DNA of 32,000 nt from Mycobacterium leprae TN (GTDB lineage Bacteria > Actinomycetota > Actinomycetes > Mycobacteriales > Mycobacteriaceae), in the NCBI RefSeq assembly GCF_000195855.1, contig NC_002677.1, forward strand, positions 510,001 to 542,000. Direction: 5' to 3'. The notes under the pieces were generated by a model that saw nothing but the letters and a program-made list of their open reading frames with translations, was not told the origin of the DNA and made no database searches. Of the stretch, positions 27,009 through 32,000 are shown one piece after another. The translations under genes and the position numbers were made by a program. Numbering within the stretch: position 1 is the first letter of the stretch; each line of letters starts with the position of its first letter.

Positions 27009-28570
27009 ATGTTTGGCACCGTATTAGTGGCCAGCTGTGGCGAGATTGCCGTCCGAATGATCTGCGATGTGTCGGTTGGATATTCGGTCGATTGCTGTAT
27101 CCGTAGATGATACCGATGTCCGAGCTCGACACATGCTCGAGGTTGACGCCGCGGTGCGTTTAGGACCTCCTGCAGCGCAGGAAAGCTACCTCGACGTCGA
27201 TCGGGTGATTGAGGCCGCGGTGCGCTCCGGATCCCGGGAGGTCCACTCTGGCTAGGGATTCCTTTTGGAGAAGGACGCTTTCGTCGTCATTTGCTAATGA
27301 TCCGGGGTGATTTTCGTTGTACTAGCGGAGCGCTCCATCGAGGTGATGGGGGACAAGATCGTCGCCAAGAACGCGGTCGCCGCTTCCGAGGCGTCGGTGG
27401 TACCCGGGGTGGCTTGGCCCGGGCACGCGGACAACGAACTGGCCGGCACCGCCGATAGAGTTTGCTACCCGGTGTTTCTTAAGCCATCCGCGGGCGGCGG
27501 GGGCAAGGGCATGCTGCTGGTGGCGAATCCGTCGCTGATACCCGAAGCGTTGTTGAGCGCTCGGTGGGAACAGCGTCTTCGTTTGGCGACGAACACACTG
27601 TTCCTGGAAAGATTCATGTTACAGACCAGGCACATCTAGGTTCAGGTGTTGGCCGCCATCCACGCCAGCTTGGTGCATCTCGATTAACGTAGGTGCAGCC
27701 TGCAACGACGCTACCAAAAAGTCTTAGAGGCGGCTCCGTTTCGGCTGCTGTGGACCCACGCCACCCGCGAGCGCAGATCGGTGTGGTGGCCTGTGATATC
27801 CACTGGCAGTGTCGACTATGTTGGCGCTGGCACGGTGGAGTTCATCGTTTCGGCCGGTCGCGTGCAAGAGTTCTTCTTCATGGAGATGCATATCCTCCTA
27901 CAGGTAGAACATCCTGTTAATGAGGCGGTTACCGGGCTGGAATTCGTAGATTGGAAACTCCTTTTGGCGGCCGATGAGAAGTTGCTGTTCGCGTAGGACG
28001 ACGTTACGTTGAACAGCTACGCTATCGAAGCACGCGTGTACGCTGAGAATCTCGGACGGGGATTTCTTCCGACCGATTGGGTGCTGGATGTGCTTGAACC
28101 TTCAGGCACTGTTGTGCAGGCTTGCTGAGGCCACCGCGGTACAGGTCGGCGATGGAGAAATTATTTCCTCGGTTATGCAATTCGTTCGAGTGCAGCTTCA
28201 CGTGACACCGGGCGGGCTGTATCTGGAGTATCGTTGACCGGGAGCCGACCTGTATTTGTAGATTGTCGGCGAGTAGAGAACGTGGTATCTGCTCTGCGCG
28301 AGGCGGAGGAGAACAAGGTTAACCTTGCGATAGGTACGAGGCAGGACAAGGTTATCAGCCCTATACCCGCGCAACGCGATCACTGTGCAGGCCACCTCTG
28401 GAGCCGAGTTTTCTGAAGGAATGAAGTGGTGGTGTAATGCGAATGAAGATGGAGAACTGCCTTTTCGGGCCTATTTCGTGTCACATTGAGGTGTTGGTAT
28501 CCGTCGGCTAGCAGATGACTGTCGAGCCGGTGCTGGCGAGGTTAATCCCGATCTCTGAAGAGCCCACAGA
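27009..28570 (+). pseudogene. accA1: Acyl-CoA carboxylase alpha (biotin carboxylase/BCCP) AccA1 pseudogene
   Basis: It starts 'MFGTVLVA', shifts frame to 'GEIAVRMI', and continues with 'RSIAVSVDDTDVRARHMLEVDAAVRLGPPAAQESYLDVDRVIEAAVRSGS', 'IEVMGDKIVAKNAVAASEASVVPGV', 'YPVFLKPSAGGGGKGMLLV' (ATP-grasp), 'VDYVGAGTVEFIVSAGRVQEFFFMEMHILLQVEHPVNEAVTGLEFVDW' and 'AIEARVYAEN'. The C-terminal biotinyl-domain region is largely deleted, leaving ~1.55 kb of ~1.96 kb expected. Confidence 0.85.
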
Positions 28571-28639
28571 GAGCAAGGATTAGAGGATCATGTTGACACC
28601 ATCACGGCAGGGGCATGGCCAAAGTAATACCAGCATCAT

Positions 28640-29718
28640 CGCGACACAGTGACCTATTTTGTGCGAACTGTGGTAGCTTCGGTGTCAACTAAACACAAGG
28701 AGGAGCAACGCTTTCCGTACGATGATGTCGCCAAGATGGATGAGATGGGACTGATCGGGTTGTCGTTTCCCGAGGGGTATGGCCGCCTGGGTGGCGGTTA
28801 TTTCGCACTGGCGGTGACGCTCGAGGAGCTCGGCAAAGTTGATTAGTCGGTGGCGATAACGCTGTAAGCGAGGACAAATCTGGTGGCCGTATCGATCTAC
28901 CGGTTCGGTATAGAAGAGCAAAAAAGTACTTGGCTGCCCGATTTGGGAGTTGGCCAGCGTCAGGCTCACCGAACCAGGGTCCGGCTCGGACGCTGGTGGC
29001 ACCCGCACCACATCCCGTCTCGAAAATGGTGAGTGGGTGATCAACGGCGCCAAGCAGTTCATCACCAACTTTGGCACCGACATCACCTTGCTGGTTCCGG
29101 TCACCGCGGTCACCGGAACCCGCGTGTACGGCCACAAAGAGAATTCGACGATCTTCGTGCCAAGCAGCACAAAAGGGTTCATCACGGGCCGGTCTACAAC
29201 ACGGTTGACTCTGAAACGGCCTTGTATACCCACAAATGACATTCGTCTACGTGCGGGTACCAGAGGGGAATCTGCTGGGCCCGAGCAGGAGTGGGTGTAC
29301 GAACTTCCTGTTCATCCTGGATGAGGGTCGCATAGCAATCGTTGTATTGGCTACTAGGGTGGCGCAGGGGTGCGTCGACGAGAGCATCAAATATGCCGAT
29401 AAGCTGCAGTTGTTCGGCCAGCTGGTCGGCTCTTGCCAGGCGATCAGCTTCAAGATTGCGCGGATTAGAGTCATGTGCGCACGTTGTGCGTACCGCGTAC
29501 TACGATGCTGTTGCAAAGATGTTGACAGCTAAGCCGTTCAAGAAGGAGGCGGCGATGGACAACGCCCGTGACGCAACCTCGATCTACGGCGGCTGCGGTT
29601 TAATGCATTGAGTATATGAGTAGTCCGTGATTACCTATACAGCAAGGTGCTCGAGATTGGTTAGGGCATCATTGAGGTACAGCTGATACTCATAACGTGA
29701 TCGCTGGGACTGCGATGA
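28640..29718 (+). pseudogene. fadE19: Acyl-CoA dehydrogenase FadE19-like (isovaleryl-CoA-dehydrogenase-type) pseudogene
   Basis: Fragments are 'FPYDDVAKMDEMGLIGLSFPEGYGRLGGGYFALAVTLEELGKVD*', 'RLTEPGSGSDAGGTRTTSRLENGEWVINGAKQFITNFGTDITLLVPVTAVTG', 'MTFVYVRVPEGNLLGP', 'LDEGRIAIVVLATRVAQGCVDESIKYA' and 'IYGGCGLM'. The tail 'KVLEIGEGIIEVQLILITRSLGLR*' ends with a TGA at 29716-29718. Confidence 0.85.
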
Positions 29719-30186
29719 CTGCTCAGGAGCAAAGGAACAAGTCAGTTGTTCAGCGGGACTTGTGGTTAGAGGAGTTAGAGATTGGTATGATTTTAATTTG
29801 TACCGACCTGGATGCACAATCACCGAAGCTGACAACGTGCTGTTTACTATGCTGACGATTAGCACCCAGTCGCCATATCTTGACACAGTGTGGGCAGCCA
29901 GTTTTTCGGGGTTAAGCAGCTAGTGCACTTGATGTTCACCCTCCTCGACGCTGGTTGTGCTTGTCGGTTGCGTAACTGACGCCGGTCATCGTCGTGGCCG
30001 AACTCGGCTTTTCCGAGTTGTCGTTCCCCAAAACTGTCTTTCATGGCGACACCCTGTATGCGGAGACGGTATGTACCAGCGAAGAGCCGGCCCAGTTCGG
30101 GTGTCGTCACCTTTGAACGCACCGCGCGCAACCAGCACGATAACGTCGTTGTGCAGGCGATGCGCATGACTCTCGCACAGAGGTGA
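29715..30186 (+). pseudogene. MaoC-like dehydratase/hydratase (Rv2499c-like) pseudogene
   Basis: It starts 'MTAQE', followed by 'ITEADNVLFTMLT' (shifted), 'AELGFSELSFPKTVFHGDTLYAETVCTSEE' and 'QHDNVVVQAMRMTLAQR*'. Stops and frameshifts occur between the blocks. Confidence 0.75.
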
Positions 30187-30203
30187 TTGGCGCAGGAGTC
30201 TAG

Positions 30204-30960
30204 ATGAACTTGCGCAGTGCCGGTCCGGGATGGCTATTCTGCCCGGCCGATCGACCTGAGGGTTTCGCCGAGGCTGCTGCTGCCGGTTTGGTTATCCTGG
30301 ACCTCGAGGATGGCGTGGCACAGGCTGAGAAAGCCGCCGCCCGCAAAGCACTGCGGGATACTCTGCTCAACCCCGAGCTCACGGTAGTGCGGATCAACGC
30401 CGACGGTGGGTATTAGCAGGCCTGCGACCTGGACGCCCTGGCCGGTACGGCTTACTCGAGAGTGATGCCTGGCTAAAGCTGAATTGGCGACACAGGTGGG
30501 GCCGCATTCGCGCCGCGCTACGTTATCGCTCTGGTCGAGACTGCGCGGGATGTTATGCTAGTCGCTGAAATCGCTGCTAATGGCGCCGTCGGGATGATAT
30601 GGGGTGCCGAGGGTTTCATCGCCACTTGAGTAGCAGCTCCAGCCAGTGGGCCGACAGCGGCTATCAGGATGTGGACCGCCATGTCAGGTTCACGGTCTTC
30701 CTTGCGGCCTCCGCATTCGACCGGATCGCGCTCGACGCCGTGCCGTTTGGACATCCACGACATTGACGGCCTGCTGGCGGAAATCAACCGACTCCGTGGC
30801 GGGTGGGTTTCGGAGTTCTTCGATGCTTATTACTCTCGACCCAGAACCGGTGCAACTCGTCTGTCCAGATAAGATGCTGACGGTGAGATGTCGACGGCCG
30901 AATGTTGCTACAACGTCGGATCTTCCCGCCGAGACTATCGTGGCCTCTACGAGCTGATGG
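30204..30960 (+). pseudogene. citE: Citrate-lyase-beta-like / HpcH-family acyl-CoA lyase CitE pseudogene
   Basis: 'MNLRSAGPGWLFCPADRPEGFAEAAAAGLVILDLEDGVAQAEKAAARKALRDTLLNPELTVVRINADGGY*' is the typical CitE N-terminus and ends in a premature stop. Later 'VIALVETARDVMLVAEIAANGAVGMIWGAEGFIAT*' is followed by frameshifts. Confidence 0.82.
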
Positions 30961-31580
30961 TGGTTACCCGAGGGCTCGACACCGAGTTCGTCAACCTGAA
31001 GCGCCAGGTAAGTTGGCGCTGTTCGCGTTTTGTCGTGGTCAGGCAGTTGCGCAGGTAGGCGTTGCGGCCTGCCTCGCAAGAAATACTGGCTGTTTCCCAG
31101 TGCTGTCAGTTGTATGTCTATACTCGTGTGCGGTATACATGCACGGGCATGCTAGCGCAGCATGCCGCGCAACCTGGTATAGCCGGATGGAATTCACCAA
31201 GAAACATTGTGTTCCGATGTCGATTTCGATCTGTACTCAAACTCTGCATACGGTCGGGGCGGCGATGGCTGCATAACGGCTAGGCGAGGACTCTGTGACG
31301 GTGGTCTGCCTTGGCGGCGGTACCACCAGCGTAGGCGATGTGCACGAGGCTCTGAACTTCGCGGAGGTTTTCTAAGCAACGGATTTCGACATCGACGAAG
31401 TGTTCACCACAGTGAACGCGTGAAATCACGCCGGGACTTCAGGAGTAGCGACAACAGCTGCCAAGTCGAACTGGACTGAGTGAAGTATACGGGCATGGCT
31501 TCGACGCTGATCCTCCGGCAAGTTCGAGTGAAGCGCTCACGGTGGCAGTAGATGCTGCTGCACTCGGTGCACAGCCAATG
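30930..31580 (+). pseudogene. pdhA: Branched-chain keto-acid/pyruvate dehydrogenase E1 alpha (PdhA/BkdA) pseudogene, strongly truncated
   Basis: 'RGLDTEFVNLKRQGKLALFAF.RGQAVAQVGVAACLAR' resembles the E1-alpha N-terminal region. 'VTVVCLGGGTTSVGDVHEALNFAEVF' corresponds to the TPP-binding 'YFGDGATSEGDVNEAL' block. Only ~0.65 kb remains of ~1.1 kb expected. Confidence 0.7.
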
Positions 31581-32000
31581 ACCATGGTAGCTGCGCTCAA
31601 TCGTGCACTGCATGATGTAATGACAGCCGACAACTGGGTGTGCTGTTAGGCGAAGACGTCTCCACCGCGGATGGAGTATTCCGGGGTACCGGGGATTGGC
31701 CGAAACATATTCGGCGAGAAGCGCTGCTTATACACATCGTTTGCCGAGTCAGCGCTGATCGGCATCGCCATCGGACTCACGCTGCGTGGCTTTGACCCGG
31801 TTCCTGAAATCCAGTTCGACGGCTTTTCTTACCCAGTCTTCGATAGGTGGTCAGCCTTCTAGCGAAGTACTGGACCCGTACTCGCAGTGAAGGTGAATAT
31901 GCGGGTCACGGGCCGGATTCCGTCGTTTGGCGTCATCGGTGCAGCCAAACATCGCTCGGACTTTACTGCAATCTATTGGGTGCACACCGCGGTCCTGAAA
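31578..32000 (+). pseudogene. pdhB: Branched-chain keto-acid/pyruvate dehydrogenase E1 beta (PdhB/BkdB) pseudogene, 5' part (runs off the window)
   Basis: 'MTMVAALNRALHDVMTADNWVCC*' has an in-frame stop. It is followed by 'GVFRGTGDWPKHIRREALLIHIV' in shifted frames, 'FGEKRCLYTSFAESALIGIAIGLTLRGFDPVPEIQFDGFSYPVFDR' and 'HRSDFTAIYWVHTAVLK'. Confidence 0.8.

Overview
This window reads as Mycobacterium leprae-type chromosome. A ~570-bp RLEP dispersed-repeat copy (13243-13812) contains, verbatim, the sequences I recall as the standard RLEP diagnostic primers and probe. The gene content is mycobacterial with extreme gene decay. By my annotation only 10 protein genes are intact: otsB2, a nitroreductase, a spoU/trmL-type methyltransferase, bcp, a DUF3618 membrane protein, ldtB, orn, an SDR, a UMF1/Atg22-type MFS protein and a proline-rich MmpS-like membrane protein. 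Together they cover ~7.9 kb, about 25% of the window. There are also two tRNAs, tRNA-Lys(CUU) and tRNA-His(GUG). Roughly 60% of the window is recognisable wreckage of >=21 genes, with frameshifts, in-frame stops and internal deletions. The wreckage comprises a MaoC hotdog gene, a WS/DGAT acyltransferase, dnaE2, a complete five-gene conservon ending in mfpA, a DUF853 NTPase, and a contiguous ~10-kb catabolic cluster (TetR, fadD35, scoAB, accD1, accA1, fadE19, MaoC, citE, pdhAB). From my memory of M. tuberculosis H37Rv numbering, gene order corresponds to two non-adjacent blocks, ~Rv3372..Rv3361c and Rv2521..Rv2496c, fused at the RLEP copy. The most noteworthy observations are these: RLEP sits at a synteny breakpoint and has GT-/CA-rich imperfect inverted termini; the last codons and stop of bcp lie inside the RLEP terminus; a decayed LexA box precedes dead dnaE2; there are two perfect 16-bp palindromic hairpins; and fossil ATGA translational-coupling junctions survive in the dead operon. 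I found no CRISPR, prophage, transposase, toxin-antitoxin or defence-type module, and no convincing intact novel multi-gene system. All pseudogene boundaries are approximate (+/- 50-100 bp) because they were placed by eye from frame-hopping translations.
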